Shown in pieces: positions 1 through 8,243 of a stretch of DNA of 30,395 nt. How positions within the stretch are numbered: the stretch's first letter is position 1; every line of letters begins with the position of its first letter. Below the pieces are notes generated by a model. It saw only the letters and a list, made by a program, of their open reading frames with translations, made no database searches and had not been told where the DNA came from. The position numbers and the translations under genes were made by a program. The stretch comes from a virus (Duplodnaviria; Caudoviricetes). The stretch is from positions 1 through 30,395 of the IMG/VR virus record IMGVR_UViG_3300031848_000025. One strand, written 5' to 3'.

Positions 1-54
1 AACTTGGGTGTTTTATTTGGCGATACTATTTTTAAACAACTAAAACAAGACTAA
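1..54 (+). CDS. 3' end of a truncated upstream gene (...NLGVLFGDTIFKQLKQD*)
   Basis: Open frame from base 1 to TAA at 52-54, followed one base later by the next ATG. Confidence 0.6.
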   Translation, partial: NLGVLFGDTIFKQLKQD

Positions 55-60
55 GATGGA
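38..60 (+). repeat. 23-bp gene-junction direct repeat, copy 1 (AACTAAAACAAGACTAAGATGGA)
   Basis: Identical to 204-226; 36-54 is identical to 6672-6690. Confidence 0.95.
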
Positions 61-220
61 ACAACCAAAAAAAGAAGGAAGTTATGTGTGTAGAATGAGT
101 AACGGCTACATCAAGTTGTGCTATTACGCAAGTACAGAATGGTTAGATATGTGGGAAACTACATTAAAAGGAGAAATAATTAGATGGATGGAAATCCCTA
201 ACGAACTAAAACAAGACTAA
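56..220 (+). CDS. 54-aa DUF551-like small phage protein (not in ORF track)
   Basis: MEQPKKEGSYVCRMSNGYIKLCYYASTEWLDMWETTLKGEIIRWMEIPNELKQD*. The P..G.Y...W...I.RWM.IP pattern resembles DUF551, and the ORF exactly fills the space between the repeats. Confidence 0.75.
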   Translation: MEQPKKEGSYVCRMSNGYIKLCYYASTEWLDMWETTLKGEIIRWMEIPNELKQD

Positions 221-226
221 GATGGA
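204..226 (+). repeat. 23-bp gene-junction direct repeat, copy 2
   Basis: Exact match to 38-60; contains the TAA of 56..220 and the ATG of 222..437. Confidence 0.95.
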
Positions 227-437
227 CGAAAGAGATATAGACCATTATCTAGAGTTAGGGTATTGGATTCAAGTAAGTCCTCTAGCTAATGCAGGTTCAG
301 GATGGATATGCGGAGTATACAAGAGAGGTAAGAAGAGTGGTAATTGGATAACAGAATCCTCTAAACAATTCAAGACACCACATGAGTGTTTCGATTGGGC
401 TGAATTAGAGATACATAACCTATTAAATAAGAACTAA
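222..437 (+). CDS. Hypothetical protein (71 aa)
   Basis: ATG 1 nt after the upstream stop; protein-like composition; no recognisable family. Confidence 0.75.
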   Translation: MDERDIDHYLELGYWIQVSPLANAGSGWICGVYKRGKKSGNWITESSKQFKTPHECFDWAELEIHNLLNKN

Positions 438-456
438 CCATTAAATTAAACCAAGA

Positions 457-1107
457 ATGAAAGCAGAACAGATTAATCTAGAAACAGCAAAGTACGGAGA
501 CAAGTTTACTCAACACGATGGACGTATTGTCACCTTCTCAAATGGAAACGGATTAGGTAACTATCCTTACATGTTTGACGCAGAAGGAGACCACCCAACA
601 TCCTTTACAGCAGAAGGTAAGTTTCATTACCTAGTAGATAGTAAGTATGACTTATTTCACAGCAACGAGACTAGCACAGAAGACGAACCCTTAGAGGATA
701 CTACCAATATATTAATTAGTCTAATAGAACACGTAGAGGATAGGCTATCATCAGCAGAGAATCGTATAGACGTACTTATGGGTGAGCGTAGTGAAGCTAT
801 AGAAGAAAGCTACAATAGATTAATGGATGCTGTAGCTGAAGCAAGTAAGCAAGACACGGAGCACGAAACAGATAGCGACACTATAACGGCATCAGCTTTA
901 TTAGAATTAGGTTTTGAAGAGTGTTACCAAGAAGCTATGAGTGGTGAGCCGGGATTCATATACTATGCATATAATAAGCATGGCTTTGAGTTGCTATCAA
1001 ACTCTACAGGAGATGAGGATGCATTACACATCTTTACAGAAGGTAATCACCCTATAGATAGCCTAAGAAAGCTAGCTGATTTAATCACATCACTAAACAA
1101 ATTATAG
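457..1107 (+). CDS. Hypothetical protein (216 aa): two small domains joined by an acidic coiled-coil linker
   Basis: A-rich leader; N-terminal (HDGRIV...YPY...EGK...DL) and C-terminal (LLELGFE...) segments resemble separate small phage domains. Confidence 0.8.
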   Translation: MKAEQINLETAKYGDKFTQHDGRIVTFSNGNGLGNYPYMFDAEGDHPTSFTAEGKFHYLVDSKYDLFHSNETSTEDEPLEDTTNILISLIEHVEDRLSSAENRIDVLMGERSEAIEESYNRLMDAVAEASKQDTEHETDSDTITASALLELGFEECYQEAMSGEPGFIYYAYNKHGFELLSNSTGDEDALHIFTEGNHPIDSLRKLADLITSLNKL

Positions 1108-1108
1108 C

Positions 1109-1198
1109 ATGAGTCAGACATCATTTATCGTAGGCGTAACTATAGCCGTTGTTCTATTTCTAATGTATGATAGCTCCGTTAACAGACGAGAGCCATAA
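1109..1198 (+). CDS. Putative 29-aa single-pass membrane peptide (MSQTSFIVGVTIAVVLFLMYDSSVNRREP)
   Basis: ATG 1 nt after the TAG at 1105-1107; 14-residue hydrophobic core. Confidence 0.5.
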   Translation: MSQTSFIVGVTIAVVLFLMYDSSVNRREP

Positions 1199-1341
1199 CG
1201 TAGACAACAACCATCAATAAAGCGTATACTAGTTTTGTGAATTTATTCATAACGCAATATACTAATCAATTTTAACCCATAGGTTAAGTAATCATTAAGT
1301 AATCTTTACTAAATTAATTAGTCTAAGACTTATAATTAGCC

Positions 1342-1349
1342 TATATTTG
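1342..1349 (+). promoter_or_regulatory. Bacteroidota-type -7 promoter box TATATTTG
   Basis: Matches TAnnTTTG; intergenic, 15 nt before ATG 1365. Confidence 0.7.
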
Positions 1350-1364
1350 TACAAACAATATACT

Positions 1365-1706
1365 ATGGACTTTATACAAAAAGAGAATCTAACTAAGATT
1401 CAGATTCAGAAGCTACAACAAGCACCTGACCACAAGAGCGATAAGATTACAGAGAAAGCTAACGAGGTTAGGGATATGTTACTAAGCAAGAACAAGGCTT
1501 ATGGCAACTCAGCACTTGAACCTCTTAACATCTTCAATAAGGGTCAAGCCTCTGACTCTCTGTGCGCTAGGATAGACGATAAGCTAGCTAGGATTAAGAA
1601 TACCGGAATAACAGAGGGGACAGAAGATACCATATTTGATTTATGTGGATACCTTATACTATTAATGATTGCAAAAGAAGAACAAGATGAAAAGAGAATA
1701 TTTTAA
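1365..1706 (+). CDS. DUF1599 / nucleotide-modification-associated domain protein
   Basis: Motifs LLSKNKAYGNS, RIDDKLARI, EDTIFDLCGYLIL. Start moved from TTG 1347 (inside the promoter box) to ATG 1365. Confidence 0.75.
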   Translation: MDFIQKENLTKIQIQKLQQAPDHKSDKITEKANEVRDMLLSKNKAYGNSALEPLNIFNKGQASDSLCARIDDKLARIKNTGITEGTEDTIFDLCGYLILLMIAKEEQDEKRIF

Positions 1707-1986
1707 TAGATACACTAGTGAGATTCTTTCTATGTTTAGACTCACTAAGCAAGACTTGTTTGTTAAGAATAAGAAAAGAGATGTTGTTGACGCTAGAAAC
1801 CTACTATACTTCGTGTGCTCAAATAGGCAGATGAGATTGGTTACGATACAAGAGTATATGGCTGAAGAGGGTTACAAGATTAGCCACACGTCAATTATTC
1901 ATGGGATAAAGAGAGTTCAAGAACAAATAGTAAGTGATAAGGATTACTTAACATCAATTAAAAGAATTGAATCATGTATCAGCTAG
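1687..1986 (+). CDS. DnaA C-terminal (domain IV)-like helix-turn-helix protein
   Basis: Pattern F.L...DL..KNKKRDVVDARNLLYFVC...SHTSIIHGIKRV, like DnaA domain IV (R.R.IV.ARQ...DHTTVIHA); ATG 1687 preferred. Confidence 0.75.
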   Translation: MKREYFNRYTSEILSMFRLTKQDLFVKNKKRDVVDARNLLYFVCSNRQMRLVTIQEYMAEEGYKISHTSIIHGIKRVQEQIVSDKDYLTSIKRIESCIS

Positions 1987-2384
1987 AAGAAGTTTTTGAC
2001 GAAGCCGTATTAGACCCTTACGTAGCCATATTAGACACCAACTCTGTAGAAGCTAGAATTATATTTGGAATAAAGATAGTTAAGGTAAGGCAAGGCAACC
2101 AAGTATTCATTCTAAACACTTCAAAGGGAGGTAATTACTACGAAGAAATAACACCTAAAGAGTATGAAAACTTCACCGAAAAAGGATGGCGATACGGAGT
2201 TTATGTTGTATCTTTGTCTAACTATAGAGCAAAACTAGAGTCGATTGATTCTAAGATTCACAGCCTTATTGTTAATAAGTCTAGCAAAAGCTCTATAGAA
2301 GATGCTCAAGAGTCAAGAACGAAAGTAATGAATCGTTACTCTAAAATTACTAAAAAATTAAACGAATTAAATCAAACACTATGA
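1974..2384 (+). CDS. Hypothetical protein (136 aa), C-terminal coiled coil
   Basis: Overlaps both neighbours in an operon-like way; no family recognised. Confidence 0.75.
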   Translation: MYQLEEVFDEAVLDPYVAILDTNSVEARIIFGIKIVKVRQGNQVFILNTSKGGNYYEEITPKEYENFTEKGWRYGVYVVSLSNYRAKLESIDSKIHSLIVNKSSKSSIEDAQESRTKVMNRYSKITKKLNELNQTL

Positions 2385-2977
2385 AAACAAACACAAGCAC
2401 TTACACTACATTAGCTGCCGTACCAATCAAGAGTAAGGTAGAGAGAAAAGGAAAGATGGATTACTTATCGTGGGCTAACGCTTGGGATTTACTTAAGACC
2501 AACTATCCAAATGCACAGAGACATGTATATGAGTCCGCTCAGACGGACTTAAACTACTTCACAGATGGAAACACTGCGTATGTAAAGGTAGGTATTATAG
2601 TCGAAGACATTGAGCACATTGATTACCTTCCGGTAATGGACTTCAGAAACAAGTCAGTGAAGTTAGAAGCTATTACTTCTATGGATATTAACAAAACTAT
2701 TCAACGTTCAACAGCTAAGGCTATTGCAATGCACGGATTAGGATTGTCGCTATGGACAGGAGAGGATATTCCGGAACTAACAACTGAAGCACCTGTAAAG
2801 GCTGCGGTAAAGACAGCTACTAAGAAATCCTTAGAGGTTGGTGATGCTAATTGGTCTAAGATTATTAAGTATGTTGCCGCCAACAAAACGTTAGGTTTAA
2901 CTAAGATTGTTTCAAACCTTGAAGCTAAGTATACCATCAAGTCAGAGGTTAAGAAGGAATTAGAGAAGTCTTTATAA
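2381..2977 (+). CDS. Sak/DUF1071 (Rad52-like) single-strand annealing protein
   Basis: Motifs YLSWANAW, LPVMDFRNK, DINKTIQRSTAKAIAMHGLGLSLWTGED; adjacent to exonuclease and SSB. Confidence 0.88.
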   Translation: MKTNTSTYTTLAAVPIKSKVERKGKMDYLSWANAWDLLKTNYPNAQRHVYESAQTDLNYFTDGNTAYVKVGIIVEDIEHIDYLPVMDFRNKSVKLEAITSMDINKTIQRSTAKAIAMHGLGLSLWTGEDIPELTTEAPVKAAVKTATKKSLEVGDANWSKIIKYVAANKTLGLTKIVSNLEAKYTIKSEVKKELEKSL

Positions 2978-2978
2978 C

Positions 2979-3713
2979 ATGAAAGAGGTTATAGAGAAAC
3001 TCAGAGATGATGAGGAGTACTACAGAGGGGTAGGTAAAAAATACCTCTCTAACTCTAACATCACAGCACTACTAGGTAATGTTAAGGATTTTGGTGTAGA
3101 CCAACCTGATAACCCTGTATTTGCTAAAGGACGATTATTCCACCAACTCATGCTAGAGCCGGAGAAGGCTAAGGATTGTTTATCACTTGATTCTTCTACT
3201 AGAGGAACTAAGAAGTATAGAGATTTCTGTAAGGATAACGAGATGGATTTCATTCTACTAAACAAAGAAGTGGAAGACATTAAGTCATGGACAGACACCA
3301 TGAAGTCTAACATGGATTTCTTTGACCTTATATATGCTGAAGGAAACGAGTTTGAAGTTCCTAGCATTAAGGAAATTAAAGGAAGGATGTGGAAAGGTAA
3401 AGCCGACATTGTTGGTAAGGATTTCTTGATTGATTTAAAGACCACAGGAGACATTAAAAAGTTTAAAAGGTCTGCTAACCTATACCACTATGATAGCCAA
3501 GCTTACATCTATCAGGAACTCTTTGGTAAGCCTCTTATCTTCCTTGTTATAGACAAGACAACACAGATGCTTGGAATATTTAGACCAACTGAAGAATTTA
3601 TCAAGAGAGGAGAGCAAAAAGTTGAGAAGGCTATAGAAGTGCATGATGCATTCTTTGGTAAAGATGCCACCGAGACTATTGAAGACTATTACATTGAAGA
3701 TTATATTGATTAG
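2979..3713 (+). CDS. PD-(D/E)XK exonuclease (RecE/exonuclease VIII-like, DUF3799 type)
   Basis: LSNS, GRLFHQLMLEPE, KGKADIV, IDLKTT, YDSQAYIY motifs. Confidence 0.85.
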   Translation: MKEVIEKLRDDEEYYRGVGKKYLSNSNITALLGNVKDFGVDQPDNPVFAKGRLFHQLMLEPEKAKDCLSLDSSTRGTKKYRDFCKDNEMDFILLNKEVEDIKSWTDTMKSNMDFFDLIYAEGNEFEVPSIKEIKGRMWKGKADIVGKDFLIDLKTTGDIKKFKRSANLYHYDSQAYIYQELFGKPLIFLVIDKTTQMLGIFRPTEEFIKRGEQKVEKAIEVHDAFFGKDATETIEDYYIEDYID

Positions 3714-3790
3714 TCCGTTCTAGCGGACTTTACACAGATGGTAAGTCGTGGTTGTACCCTCAGACCACGACTGCCTAACTATTAAGAGGG
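3712..3790 (+). ncRNA. Candidate cis-regulatory RNA (hairpin plus H-type pseudoknot) in the ssb leader
   Basis: Stems 3712-3718/3723-3729 and AGTCGTGGT 3744-3752/ACCACGACT 3764-3772; loop CCCTC 3757-3761 is complementary to GAGGG 3786-3790. Confidence 0.5.
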
Positions 3791-3804
3791 AAAACACAAA
3801 CATT

Positions 3805-4068
3805 ATGTCAAAAGAAAAAGTATTTGCAGACGGATTTTCATTCTCAACAAGAGATAACCAACCTGATTTTGTAATTGGTAGAGTATCAGTTAAGATTGAA
3901 GACGCTATGCCGTTCTTGAAAGAACACGGAGCAAAGCGTGGATGGGTAAACTTAAACATCTTAACAGGTCGTAGCGGTAAACCATATATTGAGCTTGATA
4001 CATTTGAACCTAACTCTAATGCCCCAAAGACAGCGGCTGTAGAAGAAGACGATAACCTACCTTTCTAG
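3805..4068 (+). CDS. Small single-stranded DNA-binding protein (putative)
   Basis: 87 aa, beta-rich, acidic tail EEDDNLPF typical of SSB C-termini; follows annealase and exonuclease; ATG 3805 preferred over GTG 3748. Confidence 0.7.
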   Translation: MSKEKVFADGFSFSTRDNQPDFVIGRVSVKIEDAMPFLKEHGAKRGWVNLNILTGRSGKPYIELDTFEPNSNAPKTAAVEEDDNLPF

Positions 4069-4090
4069 TACATCTATCCCCCCGATAGTT

Positions 4091-4127
4091 AGAAGAGTAC
4101 GGCAAAGTGTCGTACTCTTCTTTTTTT
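4091..4127 (+). terminator. Intrinsic terminator
   Basis: AGAAGAGTACGGCA-aag-TGTCGTACTCTTCT stem running into a T7 tract, after ssb. Confidence 0.9.
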
Positions 4128-4297
4128 ATGCAGTAAATGTTAATTTTATTGCTCTATATACTCTTATATATATTTATTAGTAATTATTATTTTTTATTCC
4201 TACATTTGTAAGTTAAAATCAACATAATTAACACTGCTTCTAAGTATCAAGGAGTTAGCTTAAATTAATTAACATAAAATCAACACAATGTCAACAC
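4128..4297. promoter_or_regulatory. AT-rich intergenic region with TYAACAY repeats and a TACATTTG -7 box (4201-4208); candidate origin/operator
   Basis: TYAACAY at 4219, 4228, 4269, 4280, 4291 and inverted at 4137-4143, around a very AT-rich spacer, directly before the primase-helicase. Confidence 0.5.
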
Positions 4298-6690
4298 TAC
4301 AAGTTACGATATTTAAAAATATCAAAGAAACAGCGACTCCATTCTATCGTGAGGTAGGAATAGTACTAGATAGGATAAAGGATGGAGCGTCTAAAGAATT
4401 AGTAATGGGTATCCGTAAAGAAAAGGATAAGCCTGTTCGCAATGAGCTTAAAAAGAGATTACCTGCTGTGTGCTTTTCCGGAATCTTCACCAAGAGGAAT
4501 GATAATTCAATTACGGAGCATAGCGGTTTAATATGTCTAGACTTTGATGGGTATCCTAAGAAGAAGGATATGTTAGAAGAGAAGGACATGCTCAGCAAGA
4601 GTAAATATATATACTCAGTATTTATATCTCCTTCGGGAAATGGATTAAAGGCTTTAGTTAAGATACCACAAGACGTGGATAACCATATCAACTACTTCAA
4701 CTCTCTAGAGAAACAATTTGAGTCACCTTACTTTGATAAGACTTGTAAGAATGTATCTAGAGTGTGTTACGAATCATACGACCCACTAATCTACATAAAC
4801 GAAAAGTCTCTACTTTGGGATACAATAGCAGATGTAGAATATAAAGAGGTGTTGGCTATAAGAGATGTTCCTACTATACCAATTACGGATGAGAATAAGA
4901 TTGTAGATATTTTAGTAAAGTGGTGGGTTAAGAAATACCCAATGGCTGAAGGACAACGAAATCAAAACGCTTTTGTTTTGGCTATGGCTTTCAATGACTA
5001 CGGAATTAATAAGAGTCTTGCTTCATATGTATTGAATGGGTATTCAAATGAAGACTTCACATTAAGTGAAATATCAAGGACTATAGATTCAGCTTACGCT
5101 AACTCTCAGAACTTCGGTACTAAGTACTACGAGGATGAGGAGCAAGTGAATAACATCAAGGCTAAGTTTAGACGAGGTGTAACAAAAAAGGAAATCCGTC
5201 AAGATTTAGAAGACTCGAATATTGATGATGCAGTAATTGAGTCTGTTATGTCTAGGGTATTGGACGAAAGTTCACTTAAGCAGTTTTGGACTAAGAACGA
5301 TAAAGGAACTATCCGTATTGTTCATATCCTATTTAAGCTCTTCTTAGAGGATAACGGATTCTATAAGTATTGTCCGGAGGGAGGAAAGAACTACGTCTTT
5401 GTACGGGTCACAAACAACCTAATAGACCATACATCAGAGAAGGATATAAAGGATTTTATTCTAGGACACTTAATAGAGCTAGAAGATTTAAGTATCTACA
5501 ATTACTTCGCTGACCAAACAAGATTGTTTAGAGAAGAGTTCTTGACTTTACTATCAACGATTGATATATACTTCATATCAGATACTAAAGACTCAGCGTA
5601 TCTATACTACCGCAATTGCGCAGTACAGATTACTAAGGATAAGATATTACCGATTGATTACCTTGACTTAGGTGGTTATGTTTGGAAAGACCACGTGATT
5701 GACAGGAACTTCAATATATGTGAGGTAGCTAATTGTGACTTCAAGAAGTTTATAGCTAACGTAAGTGGTGGTGACTTAGAGAGAGTTAATTCTATGGAGA
5801 GTACGTTAGGCTTTATGCTTCACGCTCACAAGAATCTATCATATTGCCCTGCGGTTATACTAAATGACGAGGTTATATCTGACAATCCGGAAGGAGGAAC
5901 AGGTAAGGGTTTATTTATGAATGCCTTATCTAAGATGAAGAAGGTTGTTACTATAGATGGTAAGTCATTTACGTTTGAACGTTCATTCGCTTACCAATTA
6001 GTTTCAGCAGATACTCAGATACTTGTATTTGACGATGTAAAGAAACACTTTGACTTCGAGAGATTGTTTAGTGTGGTAACTGAAGGTCTTACATTAGAGA
6101 AGAAGAACAAGGATGCTATTAAGATACCATTCAGTAAGTCACCTAAGATTGCAATCACAACTAACTACGCTATTAAAGGAGCAGGGAATTCGTTTGCAAG
6201 ACGTAAGTGGGAATTAGAGTTATACCAACACTACAATAAAGACTTCACACCTCTAGATGATTTTGGGAAGTTAATGTTTGGAGATTGGAATGATGAAGAT
6301 TGGTGTTCGTTTGACAACTACATGATAGGTTGTTTACAGAACTACTTAAATGGTGGGCTACAGAGAAGTACGTTTGTTAATCTTAAGATTCGTCAGTTAT
6401 CTGCTGAAACTTGTCACGACTTCATTGAGTGGTGTGGATTACTTGAAGGTGCTGAACCTAATACGATGCTTAAGACTGAGGTTAAGATGAGTAATCAAGA
6501 CTTGTACATTGAATTCATTAGTGAGTATCCTGATTATGGAAGAAACTCGAAGATGACTATATCAAGGACTAAGTTCTATAAGTGGATTACATCATACGCT
6601 TTATTTAAAGAAGGAACGACTCCGGAGACAGGCAGAGATTCATTCGGTAAGTGGATAATAATTAGAAAGAGACAACTAAAACAAGACTAA
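4288..6690 (+). CDS. Primase-helicase: BT4734/VirE-N-like AEP domain, PriCT-like domain, SF3-type helicase
   Basis: KKRLPAVCFSG, GLICLDFD, FISPSGNGLK, FDKTCKNVSRVCYESYDP (VirE_N); EGQRNQNAF (PriCT); Walker A GGTGKG, Walker B LVFDD, motif C ITTN. Confidence 0.9.
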   Translation: MSTLQVTIFKNIKETATPFYREVGIVLDRIKDGASKELVMGIRKEKDKPVRNELKKRLPAVCFSGIFTKRNDNSITEHSGLICLDFDGYPKKKDMLEEKDMLSKSKYIYSVFISPSGNGLKALVKIPQDVDNHINYFNSLEKQFESPYFDKTCKNVSRVCYESYDPLIYINEKSLLWDTIADVEYKEVLAIRDVPTIPITDENKIVDILVKWWVKKYPMAEGQRNQNAFVLAMAFNDYGINKSLASYVLNGYSNEDFTLSEISRTIDSAYANSQNFGTKYYEDEEQVNNIKAKFRRGVTKKEIRQDLEDSNIDDAVIESVMSRVLDESSLKQFWTKNDKGTIRIVHILFKLFLEDNGFYKYCPEGGKNYVFVRVTNNLIDHTSEKDIKDFILGHLIELEDLSIYNYFADQTRLFREEFLTLLSTIDIYFISDTKDSAYLYYRNCAVQITKDKILPIDYLDLGGYVWKDHVIDRNFNICEVANCDFKKFIANVSGGDLERVNSMESTLGFMLHAHKNLSYCPAVILNDEVISDNPEGGTGKGLFMNALSKMKKVVTIDGKSFTFERSFAYQLVSADTQILVFDDVKKHFDFERLFSVVTEGLTLEKKNKDAIKIPFSKSPKIAITTNYAIKGAGNSFARRKWELELYQHYNKDFTPLDDFGKLMFGDWNDEDWCSFDNYMIGCLQNYLNGGLQRSTFVNLKIRQLSAETCHDFIEWCGLLEGAEPNTMLKTEVKMSNQDLYIEFISEYPDYGRNSKMTISRTKFYKWITSYALFKEGTTPETGRDSFGKWIIIRKRQLKQD
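6672..6690 (+). repeat. Gene-junction repeat, copy 3 (ACAACTAAAACAAGACTAA)
   Basis: 19/19 identical to 36-54; ends the primase (QLKQD*), next start codon 1 nt later. Confidence 0.9.
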
Positions 6691-6691
6691 A

Positions 6692-6997
6692 GTGAATTAC
6701 AGAGAATTAGAAGAGAAGGTGAGTCAATGGGCTGATGATAAAGGTATACTAGATAAAGGTACACCTATAGCTCAATCAGAAAAAACACTAGAGGAAGCTC
6801 AAGAGATAAAAGATGCCCTGCTATCTAACGATAGGGATGAGCTTGTAGACGCTTTAGGAGATACTCTAGTAACATTAATAATACAAGCCGAGATGAACAA
6901 CCTAGACTTGCTAGACTGCCTAGAAACAGCTTACGATGTAATTAGTAAGCGCAGTGGTAAAATGGTTGATGGAACATTCATCAAGGACAATAAATAG
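6692..6997 (+). CDS. MazG-like nucleotide pyrophosphohydrolase
   Basis: W...KGI...Q..KT.EEAQE...DALGD.LVTL...CLE.AY..I..R.GKM.DG.F.K signature. Confidence 0.88.
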   Translation: MNYRELEEKVSQWADDKGILDKGTPIAQSEKTLEEAQEIKDALLSNDRDELVDALGDTLVTLIIQAEMNNLDLLDCLETAYDVISKRSGKMVDGTFIKDNK

Positions 6998-7004
6998 AAA
7001 TAAC

Positions 7005-8243
7005 ATGGAAGGAGTATTAAAGTTTAGAGACTATCAGTCAAGTATAATTGACCGAGCCGTAGATATATTGAAGACTTCGAACTTCGTATATCTAGCGATG
7101 GAAGTACGTACAGGTAAGACTTTAACAAGTCTTGGTGCTATAGATAAGATGGGAGTAAAACATGCTTTATTCCTAACAAAGAAGAAGGCTATAAGTTCAA
7201 TCGTAGGAGATTACGAGAAGCTTAATAATCCATCATTCAAACTTACCGTAATTAATTACGAGTCTATGCATAAGATTGCGATAGAAGATTGGGGTGTAGT
7301 TGTATGTGATGAATCTCATGGGTTAGGAGCGTTTCCTAAGCCTAGTAGAAGAGCTAAGGATGTTAGAACTTTAATACTAAGAACAAGAGCTAAGGTTATA
7401 TTCTTATCAGGTACTCCTACTCCTGAGTCTTATAGCCAAATGTATCACCAAGTATATGGTATAGCAGGTAATCCTTTTGCTTCATTCAAGAACTTCTATA
7501 GGTTCTGTGATAAGTTTGTAGACTTAAAGGAGCGTAAGATAAATGGTCTAATGATAAAGGATTACTCACATGGTAAGCCTTCTATCATAGAGGCTGTTAA
7601 GCCTTATACTATTAGTCTTACTCAGAAGGAAGCAGGGTTTGAGACAGAAACCAAAGAGGAAGTACTTCATGTTACTATGCTAGACTCAACGTATGCTTTA
7701 GCTAATAAGTTAAAGAAGGATTTAGTTGTTGAAGGAGCAGAAGAGGTTGTATTGGCTGACACTCCTGTAAAGCTTATGATGAAGCTGCATCAGATATACT
7801 CCGGAAGTGTTAAGTTTGAGGGAGGTAATTCTAAAGTTATTGACTACACTAAGGCTGAGTTTATAAAAAAATACTTCGTAGGTAAGAAAATTGGTATATT
7901 CTATAAATTCAAGGAAGAACTTAATGCCTTAAAGAAAGTCTTTGGGGATAGTTTAGCTACAGAGTTAGAGGATTTTGATACCACGGATAAGCATATAGCC
8001 TTGCAGATAGTTAGTGGGCGAGAAGGTATTTCCCTGCGGAATGCTGATTGTCTAGTCTACTACAATATCGACTTTAGTGCTACTAGTTATTGGCAGTCAA
8101 AAGATAGAATGACAACGAAAGACAGGTTGAAAAACAACGTGTATTGGGTGTTCTCAAAAGGAGGAATTGAATCAGCTATATATAAAGCTGTTACAGCCAA
8201 AAAAGATTACACCCTAAGTCACTTTAAAAGAGATACAAAATGA
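7005..8243 (+). CDS. Superfamily 2 (SNF2-like) helicase
   Basis: RDYQ, RTGKT, DESH, LSGTP, GREGISL motifs and a degenerate motif VI (QSKDRM); ATG 7005 preferred; precedes VRR-NUC. Confidence 0.88.
   Translation: MEGVLKFRDYQSSIIDRAVDILKTSNFVYLAMEVRTGKTLTSLGAIDKMGVKHALFLTKKKAISSIVGDYEKLNNPSFKLTVINYESMHKIAIEDWGVVVCDESHGLGAFPKPSRRAKDVRTLILRTRAKVIFLSGTPTPESYSQMYHQVYGIAGNPFASFKNFYRFCDKFVDLKERKINGLMIKDYSHGKPSIIEAVKPYTISLTQKEAGFETETKEEVLHVTMLDSTYALANKLKKDLVVEGAEEVVLADTPVKLMMKLHQIYSGSVKFEGGNSKVIDYTKAEFIKKYFVGKKIGIFYKFKEELNALKKVFGDSLATELEDFDTTDKHIALQIVSGREGISLRNADCLVYYNIDFSATSYWQSKDRMTTKDRLKNNVYWVFSKGGIESAIYKAVTAKKDYTLSHFKRDTK

Noticed and set aside
38-226. CRISPR mini-array
   Set aside because: Only two adjacent copies, non-palindromic, separated by 143 bp of coding sequence; no cas genes.
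3674-3710. Short repeats encoding TIEDYYIEDYID at the exonuclease end
   Set aside because: Small local duplication in a C-terminal tail with no evident function.
3712-3790. tRNA or intrinsic terminator
   Set aside because: No cloverleaf or TTCGA/CCA features, and no substantial U-tract after the stems.
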